A stretch of 64,000 nt of DNA, from the NCBI GenBank assembly GCA_963764165.1, contig CAVXRD010000002.1, forward strand, positions 1,888,001-1,952,000, written 5' to 3'. The stretch comes from an uncultured Verrucomicrobiae bacterium (GTDB lineage: Bacteria; Verrucomicrobiota; Verrucomicrobiia; Limisphaerales; Palsa-1400). The notes below the pieces were generated by a model, which saw only the letters and a list, made by a program, of their open reading frames with translations, did not search any database and was not told the origin of the DNA. The translations under genes were made by a program, and so were the position numbers. Shown in pieces: positions 30,539 through 39,642 of the stretch (position 1 is its first letter; each line of letters starts with the position of its first letter).

Positions 30539-31208
30539 CTTATTCGCCGCCGCGCCAGGGGCTCGTGCGCAGGCACAGGCTTCAGTCCCGGCCGAGACGA
30601 ACGCCGCCGGTTATTTTCACCGTGGTGTGCAAAGTTATATTTTCGGCGATAAGACCAACGCCGTGCGGGAGATTTACACCGGCCTCCGCTCCTATCCCAC
30701 CGACCAGCCCTTGCAGAAGGCAGCCGAGCTCCTAAAAAAGAAGGAAGAGGAAAAGAAGCAGGACCAGCAGAAACAGGATCAAAAACAGAACCAGGACAAA
30801 AAGGATCAGAAAGAGCAAAAGGACCAGAAGAACCAGCAGCAACAGCAGGACAAACAGGACCAGCAAAATCAGCAAGACCAGAAGGGCCAGGATCAAAAGG
30901 ATAAGGACCAGAAGCAGGACCAAAAATCCGACCAGCAAAAGAAGGACGAGGAAAAAGCCCGCAAGGAACAGGCAAAAAAAGACCAGGAAAAGAAACAGCA
31001 GGAGCAGAAGCAAGCTCAGGCGCAGGCCGAGAAGGATAACAAGGATCAAAAAGACCAGGGCGATGCGCAGCCCGCCACGGAGCTTCACATGAGCAAAGAG
31101 GAAGCCAAACAATTGCTCGACCAATTAAAGGACGATTCCAAAGTCCTCCTCTTCAGCCCGACCAACCAACCCAGCAAAAGCCAGCGCGGCAAATTCAAGG
31201 ATTGGTAG
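30459..31208 (+). CDS. BatC-like exported protein with Q/D/K-rich linker
   Basis: Signal peptide, low-complexity QDQK tract, MSKEEAKQLL and terminal KDW. Confidence 0.8.
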   Translation: METTSTGCGRLTAWQRTLRRGLVLSLSLFAAAPGARAQAQASVPAETNAAGYFHRGVQSYIFGDKTNAVREIYTGLRSYPTDQPLQKAAELLKKKEEEKKQDQQKQDQKQNQDKKDQKEQKDQKNQQQQQDKQDQQNQQDQKGQDQKDKDQKQDQKSDQQKKDEEKARKEQAKKDQEKKQQEQKQAQAQAEKDNKDQKDQGDAQPATELHMSKEEAKQLLDQLKDDSKVLLFSPTNQPSKSQRGKFKDW

Positions 31209-31353
31209 CGGCTCGGCCGGTAGTGTACTGCCCAACTTGTTGCAAGAATCGTTTCTCTGCGCTCTCGGTCTCCCTCCTGTTCACATTTTTTTTGGCAGTC
31301 CACTGCCACCCTTTTCCTGTCGGATTTTCCCATCGGCGGCTAACTTAAGACAG

Positions 31354-32832
31354 GTGAACGAGCAGACAGACAGCCAGTTGCTTAGGCTTTATGCGGAACA
31401 CAGCAGCGAATCGGCCTTTGCTGAATTAGTGCGGCGGCACTTGGATTTTGTTTATTCCGCCGCCGCGCGGATGGTGCGCGATCCGCATTTGGCGGAGGAT
31501 GTGTCCCAAGCCGTGTTCGTCGCGCTGGCAAAAAGTTCGGACCAACTGATGGATCGCCTCACCTTGTGCGGCTGGCTGCATCGAACGGCGACGAATATCG
31601 CCGCTCAAACCGTTCGCACGATAGAACGTCGCCGCGCGCGCGAACACGAAGCAGCCATGATGAGCGCAACGCCAGGCGACCAATCCGAATCGCCATGGGA
31701 CCAAATTGCCCCCCACCTGGACGCCGCCCTAGGTGAGTTGAACGAGGCGGATCGGGATGCGGTTTTTCTTCGATATTTCAGGAATTACGATTTTCGAACC
31801 TTGGGCCAAGCCTTGGAAATCAGCGATGACGCAGCCCAAAAACGTGTCAGCCGGGCGATGGATCAAATTCGCGCCCTGCTGGCAAAACGTGGAGTTGTCA
31901 TTGGCGCAAGCGGGTTGATTGTTTGCATGACCACGCACGGTGTCCAATCGGCGCCGGTTGGCCTGGCCGCCGCCGTATCGGTTGCCACCGCTCTTGCCCA
32001 ACCAGCCGGTTCCGCCACTGCCGCCCTCGCCACCACGAAAGCCCTTGCCATGACTACGTTTCAAAAAATCATTTACACCGTTGCCCTCGCGGTCGCCGCC
32101 GGGGCGGGAATTTATGAAGCGCGCCGGGCCGCCCAATGGCGCGTGCAAAAAGAGGCGCTTGAGCGCCAGCGAACCTCGCTCACCGAACAAATCCAGCGTC
32201 TGCAAGACGCCAGCGTCGAAGGCTCCAATCGGCTGGCTGGGCTCATGGCTGAGATTTCGACATTGAAATCGAACCAGAGCCAGAAGGAGCTTTTGCGATT
32301 GCGGGGGCAGGTTGGGCAGATGAAAAGTGCGGAAGCCCAAAAGGACAGCGATCCGGCTCAATCAGAGGTGAAATCGCTGATGGAAAAAGCGCGCCTGCTC
32401 AGGCAGTATCTTGATCAACACCCGATCCAGAAGATACCGGAGACCCAATTGGTTTCTGAAGTTCAATGGTTCGACGCAGTCAAGGCGAACAAGCTTGAAA
32501 GCGAAGCCGATTTCAACGAGGCGCTCCACACTTTGCGAATTGCCGCAAAACAGCGATTCGGGAATTTGGTGCTCCAGGGACTGCAAGAGTATGCCACGGC
32601 CAACGACGGGAATCTGCCTGACAGCCTGACGGATTTGCAGCCCTATTTTGGCGTGCCGGTGGATGATGCCATCTTGCAGCGTTACGGAATGGTGCGAACC
32701 GGAAAAGTGAGCGATGTCCCGCCGGATGCCTCCGTGATCCGGGAAACGGCGCCTTTGGCGAATCCCGGCAATGACAGCCAATTTGAGTTCAAAATGAACG
32801 GCTTCACAATAAAAACCGTGCGGGCGCAGTGA
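31354..32832 (+). CDS. ECF sigma-70 factor with transmembrane C-terminal extension
   Basis: DSQLL..AFAELVRRH, AEDVSQAVF, GWL, LDAALGEL..DRDAVFLRYF, AAQKRVSRA; TM and coiled coil follow. Confidence 0.9.
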   Translation: MNEQTDSQLLRLYAEHSSESAFAELVRRHLDFVYSAAARMVRDPHLAEDVSQAVFVALAKSSDQLMDRLTLCGWLHRTATNIAAQTVRTIERRRAREHEAAMMSATPGDQSESPWDQIAPHLDAALGELNEADRDAVFLRYFRNYDFRTLGQALEISDDAAQKRVSRAMDQIRALLAKRGVVIGASGLIVCMTTHGVQSAPVGLAAAVSVATALAQPAGSATAALATTKALAMTTFQKIIYTVALAVAAGAGIYEARRAAQWRVQKEALERQRTSLTEQIQRLQDASVEGSNRLAGLMAEISTLKSNQSQKELLRLRGQVGQMKSAEAQKDSDPAQSEVKSLMEKARLLRQYLDQHPIQKIPETQLVSEVQWFDAVKANKLESEADFNEALHTLRIAAKQRFGNLVLQGLQEYATANDGNLPDSLTDLQPYFGVPVDDAILQRYGMVRTGKVSDVPPDASVIRETAPLANPGNDSQFEFKMNGFTIKTVRAQ

Positions 32833-32967
32833 TTCGCGAGAAGCAGCATTCTCGCCGTCTGCATCACGGCTTTTTTGTTAGGGGGATCGGGCAAACCAAA
32901 CAAAAGCCAGCGCGGAAAATTTCAAAAAATTTGGCGTGACTCCGGCCAGATCCTGCCGTTCCCATCC

Positions 32968-33267
32968 CTATCGAACGCGACGCTTCCAGAATACCGGATC
33001 TCGTTTGACATGCGCGACCGCGATTACCTCAACATTGCCGCGCTCGAAAATGTAGACTATTGCAAAGGGAAATCTGCGAACTAAGGACCGGCGGGTGCCC
33101 CGATATGCATCAGGATGGCGAAGCGGATCTTCGGTTATTTTGTCCAAAACTGCCTTGATCTCGCCAAGGAATTCCAAACCCAATCCGCCCCGTCGCTCCT
33201 CGTACCATCGAAATGACTCCTCCATGTCCGACTCGGCTTCTGGACGGATGATATGCGGATAACTCAC
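32968..33267 (-). CDS. RelE/ParE family toxin
   Basis: PEAESD...WYEERRGGLGLEF, RRFPFAIVY, VIAVAHVKRDPVFW; GTGA overlap with antitoxin. Confidence 0.9.
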   Translation of the reverse strand: MSYPHIIRPEAESDMEESFRWYEERRGGLGLEFLGEIKAVLDKITEDPLRHPDAYRGTRRSLVRRFPFAIVYIFERGNVEVIAVAHVKRDPVFWKRRVR

Positions 33268-33488
33268 TTCCGTTTTGAGGTGATGCGACCATACACATCT
33301 TTCCATGGGGAACCGGCCGCCGGATTCGTTTGGCGGGAGGCCAGGCGCTCATCAATCAACTGCTTATCCATATCCGTCAATACGAGGGCTTCCGGAGCGT
33401 CGGCGATGCTGTTCCAGATGTCCTCCACCAATTGCAATCGCTCAGGCACTGGAAGCTGTAATAATTCTGATGCGGAAAACTTGTTCAT
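33264..33488 (-). CDS. Putative addiction module antitoxin (TIGR02574-like)
   Basis: LPVPERLQLVEDIWNSI...LIDERL...PWKDV. Confidence 0.9.
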   Translation of the reverse strand: MNKFSASELLQLPVPERLQLVEDIWNSIADAPEALVLTDMDKQLIDERLASRQTNPAAGSPWKDVYGRITSKRK

Positions 33489-33589
33489 AGCCCAACCGTA
33501 ACAGTTCGTCGCGGCGGATTCAACCGCTTGTTCCGCAGATGGTCCGCAGGGGGTGTGATTAGAGGTGGGTGAGGCATGCAGCCCGTTAG

Positions 33590-33705
33590 GCGCGGCTGTG
33601 TCGAAGACCAGCCGCAGCGCGTTGAACCGGCAGGCGCGCCCGTTGCTCCCAGCGTGCTGCGGCTGGTTCTTTGTCGCTTTGCTCCGTCGAACACAGCCGC
33701 GCTCC
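33590..33705. repeat. REP doublet, same family as 25932
   Basis: GCGCGGCTGTGTCGAAGACCAGCCGCAGC...ACACAGCCGCGC, with a short insert in the right arm. Confidence 0.8.
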
Positions 33706-33904
33706 GCCTGAATGCGTGTGCGCATCACCCATTTCTAATAGCACCCTTCCGAAGGCCGGGAAGGAGCGCAAAATATTCGCATCCTTCGTCAAGATGTGAC
33801 CTGTTTCCGAACCCCGGCGATGCATCCTTGTCAGCGAAGAAATTCTCACGCGTTTCAGATTTTTCTCTCGCGGTGCGTCACGGTTGTGTTACTTGTAACG
33901 CCCG

Positions 33905-35566
33905 ATGACGGACACCGAAACGATCGCGGGCCAGCCCCAACCAAACATCGACCGCTGGCCCTCGCAAATAAGATACATTATCGGGAACGAGGCGTGCGAG
34001 CGCTTCAGTTACTACGGGATGAAAAGCATTCTCGCCGTCTATATCACGACGGCGTTTCTGCAAGGGGGATTGGGGCAAACTAAAGACAGCTCCACCATCA
34101 TCATCCACCTCTTCAGCGCCGTGAACTATTTTATGCCGCTATTCGGCGCATGGCTCTCGGACAAGTGGATCGGCAGATACCACACCATCCTTTGGGTTTC
34201 ACTCTTCTATTGCGCGGGCCACGGCGTGCTGGCTTGCAGCGAACTCGCTCACGATGTGAACGGAAAGCTGGCGTGCCTCTACGCGGGCCTGGGATTGATC
34301 GCGTTTGGGTCGGGTGGAATAAAGCCGTGCGTTTCGGCTTTCATGGGAGACCAATTCAAGCCGGAACAATCGCATTTGCTGCAAAAGGCCTACGGCGTAT
34401 TTTATTTCACAATCAATTTTGGCTCATTCTTTGCCTTCCTCCTTATTCCGATGATTCGGGACCATAAAGGCTATGGCTGGGCGTTTGGCGTTCCGGGCAT
34501 TCTGATGGGAATTGCAACGTTCATCTTCTGGCTGGGGACGAAGAAATATGTGCGCGTCCCCCCGGGCAAAGACACAAAATCCGCCGGCTTCGTCAAAGTG
34601 TTTGCCACCGCCTATTCCAACACCACCCACTCGCGCTTCGACGCATTGGTGAATATCGTCACGACCCTCGGCTTCCCCTTGTTCATCATTATTTCACTGG
34701 GCATTTTCAATACCGCATTCGATCTGATGAAGAAGGACGATGCGGCGCAGGTTGTTTGCACAGCGGCCGTGGCAGCAACGGTTCTCTGGTACGCTTCCGT
34801 TTTGATAGCGAGCTTTCGCGGCAAATTTGATCTCGGCGATGGCTTTTGGAACGGTGCCAAAGGTCATTTCAGCGAGAAGGAAATTTCCGGAGCCCGCTCC
34901 GTGATGCCGATTCTCTTCGTCTTCGCGTTGATTCCCGTTTTTTGGTCCCTCTTCAACCAGACCAATTCGACGTGGGTTTTGCAGGCGGGGGGCATGGTTC
35001 CAGCCATCGTCCCGCTTTTCGGGGGCCACACCTTTAAAATCGGCGCCGAGGAAATGCAATCCATGAACGCTCTGATGGTTTTGATTCTGGTGCCGTTTTT
35101 CACCCTTGTGGTTTATCCGCTCGTCGGAAAGTGGGCCTCGCCTTTGCGCCGCGTCTCCTGCGGCATCTTTCTGACCTCCGCCTCGTATCTCGTGGTAGCC
35201 GCGCTCCAGCGCCAGATCGAAACTGGCCACCAATTAAATGTGCTGTGGCAAAGCGCGCCCTACCTGGTCATATCCGCCGCCGAAGTTCTCGTGTCAACAA
35301 CCGGATTGGAATTTGCCTTTCGCGAAGCAGCGCCGGAATTGAAGAGCACCATCATGAGCTTTTTCCTGCTGACGATCACGATTGGCGATTTGTTTGTGGT
35401 GGGGATTACCAGGCTGCTCACCACCCCCGGCAGCGGCCATGAGGAATCCGTCAAAACTTCGACTTTTCTGATTTACTCTGGGGTAACCTTCGTGGTGGCC
35501 ATCCTCTTCAGCCTGGTCGCCATGAACTACAAATACCGCGACGCCTCGGCCGCGCAAGGGAAGTAG
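33905..35566 (+). CDS. POT/PTR family proton-dependent oligopeptide transporter
   Basis: EACERFSYYG, GSGGIKP, FYFTINFGS. Confidence 0.95.
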   Translation: MTDTETIAGQPQPNIDRWPSQIRYIIGNEACERFSYYGMKSILAVYITTAFLQGGLGQTKDSSTIIIHLFSAVNYFMPLFGAWLSDKWIGRYHTILWVSLFYCAGHGVLACSELAHDVNGKLACLYAGLGLIAFGSGGIKPCVSAFMGDQFKPEQSHLLQKAYGVFYFTINFGSFFAFLLIPMIRDHKGYGWAFGVPGILMGIATFIFWLGTKKYVRVPPGKDTKSAGFVKVFATAYSNTTHSRFDALVNIVTTLGFPLFIIISLGIFNTAFDLMKKDDAAQVVCTAAVAATVLWYASVLIASFRGKFDLGDGFWNGAKGHFSEKEISGARSVMPILFVFALIPVFWSLFNQTNSTWVLQAGGMVPAIVPLFGGHTFKIGAEEMQSMNALMVLILVPFFTLVVYPLVGKWASPLRRVSCGIFLTSASYLVVAALQRQIETGHQLNVLWQSAPYLVISAAEVLVSTTGLEFAFREAAPELKSTIMSFFLLTITIGDLFVVGITRLLTTPGSGHEESVKTSTFLIYSGVTFVVAILFSLVAMNYKYRDASAAQGK

Positions 35567-35583
35567 CCACGCGCTGTCCGCAT

Positions 35584-36393
35584 ATGGACGAGCCTCCCAT
35601 TATTCGTCCGTTGTCCGATGCCGATCTTCACGAACTTCTGCGCGCCAAGGCCTTGATCGAGCGCCCCGGCCTGGCCATCCGGCTGGCGAATTTAGTTGGC
35701 TCGCCGCTGGAGAAGGGTTTCGCGCTATTGCCGAAAAATTGGAACGCGGTTGTCAACAAGGCGGCGCATAATGCCTTGATGAAGGCGCTGAGCGTCGCCG
35801 TCGCCACTCTCGGCCATCCCACGGGGCGCGGCTCGCGCGAATTCTCGCATAAGGTGATGGCGGGCGTGTCCGGTGGTTTCGGCGGCTTGTTCGGCCTGGC
35901 CGCGCTGCCGATTGAACTGCCGATTTCGACAACGATTATGATGCGTTCCATCGCGGATGTCGCGCGCAGCGAGGGCCATGATCTGTCAAACATTGAAACG
36001 CGCCTCTCGTGCCTGGAGGTGTTTGCGCTTGGCTGCAAAGAGGCGACTCCTGAAGCGGCCCAAAGCGCCTATTGGGCCACCCGCGCCGCGCTGACTCAAA
36101 GCATCTCCGAAGCCGCTTCGCACATTGCGCGCAAAGGAGTCGTCAGCGAATCCGCCCCGGCCATCGCGCGGTTGATTGCGCAAATTGCCGCCCGTTTCGG
36201 CGTGGTGATTTCCGAGGAGGTCGCGGCCAAGGCGATTCCGATCTTGGGTGCGGTGGGCGGCGGCACGATCAACGTCATGTTCATCACCCATTTCCAGGCG
36301 GTGGCGCGCGGCCATTTCATCATCCAGCGCCTCGAAAAGCAGCACGGCCGCGACCAGCTCCGCGCCGCCTATGAGCGCTTGGCGTTAAAGTAG
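35584..36393 (+). CDS. EcsC family protein
   Basis: ALPIELPISTTIMMRSIADVARSEG, AIPILGAVGG, ARGHF. Confidence 0.88.
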   Translation: MDEPPIIRPLSDADLHELLRAKALIERPGLAIRLANLVGSPLEKGFALLPKNWNAVVNKAAHNALMKALSVAVATLGHPTGRGSREFSHKVMAGVSGGFGGLFGLAALPIELPISTTIMMRSIADVARSEGHDLSNIETRLSCLEVFALGCKEATPEAAQSAYWATRAALTQSISEAASHIARKGVVSESAPAIARLIAQIAARFGVVISEEVAAKAIPILGAVGGGTINVMFITHFQAVARGHFIIQRLEKQHGRDQLRAAYERLALK

Positions 36394-36556
36394 AATCGGC
36401 GCAAATCTGCTCTTGACGCCGGCTCGGAAGGGCCTCGCCCTACCGGGACCAGACCGAGGACGCGGAGTTAAAAATCACTGCCAGGCAAAATGAGCGTCCT
36501 CTCCGCGCTCTCGGTCTTTCCCTTGTTCAGATTTTTCCGCAGAAACGCCGCAAGCG

Positions 36557-37114
36557 CTATTCCAACCCCAAGACCCTGCGGCCATCCGCGGTGATCATGG
36601 ATTGATGCCACGGGGGATCCCACACGATGTCCACTTCCGCATCGTCCACTCCGGGGAGATACAAAATTTTCTGGCGCGCATCGGAGGCAATGACGGTTCC
36701 CATCCCGCAGCCTGGCGCGGTCAATGTCATCTTCACGCGGACGATGCTGTTGCCCGTTGGAGCGGGTTCGATGACGAGATCGTAAATCAAGCCAAGGTCA
36801 ACAATGTTCACCGGGATTTCCGGGTCGAAGCATGACTTTAACGTGTCCCAGACCAGCTTCTCATCAACGGGGCCTGTTGTGCCCGCCGGTTTCTCGGCGA
36901 CTTCTTCCATCAGGCTTCGAGATGGCTGGATGCCCAGCGCGTCGGCATCCCTGGCGGCGATGCGGAACAAGCCGCCCGGAGCGCGCACGGTGTAATTGCC
37001 GCCGAGAGTTTGCGTGATGTCGACGGGCGTGCCTTCGTGCAGGCGCGACGTGTTGCCCAGGGGAATTTGAATCGCGTCGCAATCGCGAGTTAATTTGACA
37101 GTTGTATCTTCCAT
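36557..37114 (-). CDS. sufT: Fe-S cluster assembly protein SufT
   Basis: RDCDAIQIP, ITQTLGG, DPEIPVNIVDLGLIY, TLTAPGCGMG, WDPPW. Confidence 0.93.
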   Translation of the reverse strand: MEDTTVKLTRDCDAIQIPLGNTSRLHEGTPVDITQTLGGNYTVRAPGGLFRIAARDADALGIQPSRSLMEEVAEKPAGTTGPVDEKLVWDTLKSCFDPEIPVNIVDLGLIYDLVIEPAPTGNSIVRVKMTLTAPGCGMGTVIASDARQKILYLPGVDDAEVDIVWDPPWHQSMITADGRRVLGLE

Positions 37115-37123
37115 AGTGGGCAA

Positions 37124-38185
37124 TCAATGAGTCTGGGGAAATCGGAAGATGATGACGCTCTTGTAGGTCTCTCCCGGCCTGAGGACGGTGGACGGAAATT
37201 CCGGCTGGTTGGGGGAATCCGGGAAATGCTGCGCCTCCAGGCAAAAGCCCGTTCGGAACGCGTAAACCCGCCCGCCCTTCCCGGTGATGGAGCCGTCGAG
37301 AAAATTTCCGGTGTAAAACTGCAAACCCGGCTCGGTGGTAAGGACTTCCAATATGCGGCCGCTCGCCGGCTCGGTGGCGCGGGCCGCGAGGCCAAGCTGG
37401 CCGGGCGGATGATTTAGCACGAAATTATGATCGTAGCCGCGGGCCAACTTCAGTTGCTCGTCAGCGTCTTCAATGCGCGCGCCGATGACGTGCAGGGCGC
37501 GGAAATCAAACGGCGTGCCAGCCACGGGCTTCAATTCGCCGGTCGGAATCAGATCGCTGTTAATCGGGGTAAAGCGGTCTGCATTGATTTGCACTTCGTG
37601 CCCGAGAACATCGCCCTTCCCGGCGAGATTGAAATAGGTGTGCTGCGTCAGGTTCAGAACGGTTGTTTTGTCCGTGGTCGCGGTGAAATCGAGGCGCAAG
37701 CCGTCGTCGCTCGTCATTGAATAGACGGCTTTGACGGTCAGGTTCCCCGGATAACCTTCCTCGCCGTCGGCGCTCACATAAGTGAGTTCCAACGAAGGGC
37801 CATTCGGGCCGGAAATCTGGGCGGCTTTCCAGATTTTCTTGTCAAATCCGAGGTTGCCGCCGTGCAGGGAATTTGTGCCGCTGTTGGTGGCGAGCTGGTA
37901 ACGCGCGCCTTCAAGCGCAAAGGATCCCCCGGCAATCCGGTTCCCGTACCTCCCAACCAGCGCCCCAAAATAGGGCGTGGCCTTTAGATAACCCTGCAAG
38001 TCCTCATATCCCAGCACCACGTCGTCCATTCGGCCATGGCGATCAGGAACCTTCAGCGAAACCACAATGCCGCCGTAATTGGTGATGCGAGCCTCCATTC
38101 CGCTGGGCCGGCTGAGGGTGAAAATATTCACCGGGGATCCGTCCGCCGTCTGGCCGAATGGGGCCTGAGAAATGAGAGTTTCCAT
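37124..38185 (-). CDS. galM: Aldose 1-epimerase
   Basis: GRYGNRIA, LHGG, EGYPG, NLTQHTYFNL, GYDHN, CLEAQHFPDSPN. Confidence 0.96.
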   Translation of the reverse strand: METLISQAPFGQTADGSPVNIFTLSRPSGMEARITNYGGIVVSLKVPDRHGRMDDVVLGYEDLQGYLKATPYFGALVGRYGNRIAGGSFALEGARYQLATNSGTNSLHGGNLGFDKKIWKAAQISGPNGPSLELTYVSADGEEGYPGNLTVKAVYSMTSDDGLRLDFTATTDKTTVLNLTQHTYFNLAGKGDVLGHEVQINADRFTPINSDLIPTGELKPVAGTPFDFRALHVIGARIEDADEQLKLARGYDHNFVLNHPPGQLGLAARATEPASGRILEVLTTEPGLQFYTGNFLDGSITGKGGRVYAFRTGFCLEAQHFPDSPNQPEFPSTVLRPGETYKSVIIFRFPQTH

Positions 38186-38457
38186 AATCGCAGTCTAAGA
38201 ACGCCCTCCAATCAAGTCAACCAACCGGCGGGCTGAAGTTTAATTTCCGCCGGGCGAGACTCCGTCGAGCCATTATAAATCGCGTGGAATCCAGAATAAC
38301 ATTGGGGTTCGGCAAAGTTTCGCTTTAAATGAGGCCAAATTCAACCGCATCATGGCATAAATCGGCAAAAAAAGCATGGAGAAACCGTTCGACGAACATG
38401 GATTCTTGACCCGCCGCCCTGCGGCAATCTCCAGAATCCCTGCCGCATAAGGTGGCA

Positions 38458-38473
38458 TGGCTTAAGAATTGCT
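38458..38473 (+). promoter_or_regulatory. sigma54 (-24/-12) promoter
   Basis: TGGCTTAAGAATTGCT = GG-N10-GC, 60 nt upstream of the first pilin ATG. Confidence 0.6.
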
Positions 38474-38533
38474 TCATAGTTGCCGATTAGAAGTTCGTCG
38501 AGGGATTGCAGTAAGAAGAAATTGCCTACATAT

Positions 38534-38986
38534 ATGCGCGCGCGTCGATCACTCAGAAACCGGGCGGCCTCTCTCGGATTTTCGCTTATCGAAGTCTGTG
38601 TGGCGCTGGCCATTGGAGTCATGGTCATGGCGGGGATGTTTCAAGGCTACACCATCGCCTCGCGCCGGGCCCAGTTTTCCGCTTATCAACTGGCGGCCAC
38701 CCAAATGGCGATGCAGCAGATGGAAAGCATTGTGGCTGCAACGTGGGTGGTTTCGGGGACGAGCATTACCAATGTTTTCAGCCCTTCGATGACAAATACG
38801 CAGGTCAACGCGCTTTGCATGCCCAACAGCGGGACGAATCTCGTTTATGCGACCAATTTTGCGACAGTTACCCAGATTTCGACCAATCCGCCCTACCTGC
38901 AGGTGCAGGTCAGTTGCGTGTGGAATTTCATGGGGATGGGAACGTTCACCAACTCGGTGGCCGTTCTGCGGGGGCCGGACTTGTGA
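38534..38986 (+). CDS. Prepilin-type minor pilin (PilV-like)
   Basis: G|FSLIEV class III signal with E5 and hydrophobic helix. Confidence 0.88.
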   Translation: MRARRSLRNRAASLGFSLIEVCVALAIGVMVMAGMFQGYTIASRRAQFSAYQLAATQMAMQQMESIVAATWVVSGTSITNVFSPSMTNTQVNALCMPNSGTNLVYATNFATVTQISTNPPYLQVQVSCVWNFMGMGTFTNSVAVLRGPDL

Positions 38987-39642
38987 AAATCCGCCTCAGC
39001 TCAAGCTGGACCCAGCCCCGCGACGGATTCACCGCGACAGAGATGCTTATTGTGATGGGCACGCTGGTGATCCTTTGCACGGGGATGATCATGGCCAACA
39101 TGTATGGCGCGTCGATGGCGGTGCGCCAGCAAATCTGGCTCAGTTGCAGCGACGATTCCGCCAAGGCCCTGGGAATGATTTTCTCCGATGTCCGGTCTGG
39201 GGCGTCGAATTATGTCGGCAATGGAAGTCTCGGCGGCTTCACCAACGTGGGCGGCACCAACACCTGGCAGCAGGGCAACGCGCTGATGATCATGCAGGCC
39301 AATACCAACGGGAACACCAACGGCGCCTGGATCATGTATTATTATGACCCGGCTAGCAGCAACCTGTACCGGACCAATTGGACTGGATCAAATTCGGGCG
39401 ACTACCGGATGGTGAGCGCGAACCAGCTCATGACGAACAACGCCTACAACAGCAACATTTTCTCCGCCTACAACGTCCAGAACGGCGTTTGGGTGCCTCA
39501 ATCCAATGCTGTTGGAACGCCTTTGATCATGGTTTGCCTTGCTTACACGAAGCTGCAAAATCCGCAGATCGTCATCCAGCCCGGCGGCGCGGTTGATTTT
39601 TATCAGATCGTCACCTACGTCGCCTCCCGCAACCGGCCATGA
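38983..39642 (+). CDS. Prepilin-type minor pilin (PilW-like)
   Basis: G|FTATEMLIV; GTGA overlap. Confidence 0.82.
   Translation: MKIRLSSSWTQPRDGFTATEMLIVMGTLVILCTGMIMANMYGASMAVRQQIWLSCSDDSAKALGMIFSDVRSGASNYVGNGSLGGFTNVGGTNTWQQGNALMIMQANTNGNTNGAWIMYYYDPASSNLYRTNWTGSNSGDYRMVSANQLMTNNAYNSNIFSAYNVQNGVWVPQSNAVGTPLIMVCLAYTKLQNPQIVIQPGGAVDFYQIVTYVASRNRP

Noticed and set aside
30750..31060. Repetitive CAGGAC/CAGAAG tract as a possible array
   Set aside because: It is the coding Q/D/K-rich linker of the BatC-like protein, with no repeat-spacer structure
32854..32876. Intrinsic terminator-like GCCGT-loop-ACGGC-T6 after the ECF gene
   Set aside because: Weak 5-bp stem that is explained as part of the duplicated POT fragment, though function is not excluded
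33490..33591. attC-like GCCCAAC...GTTAGGC next to the TA pair
   Set aside because: Inner L boxes are not complementary, there is no integrase or second site, and the right end overlaps a REP
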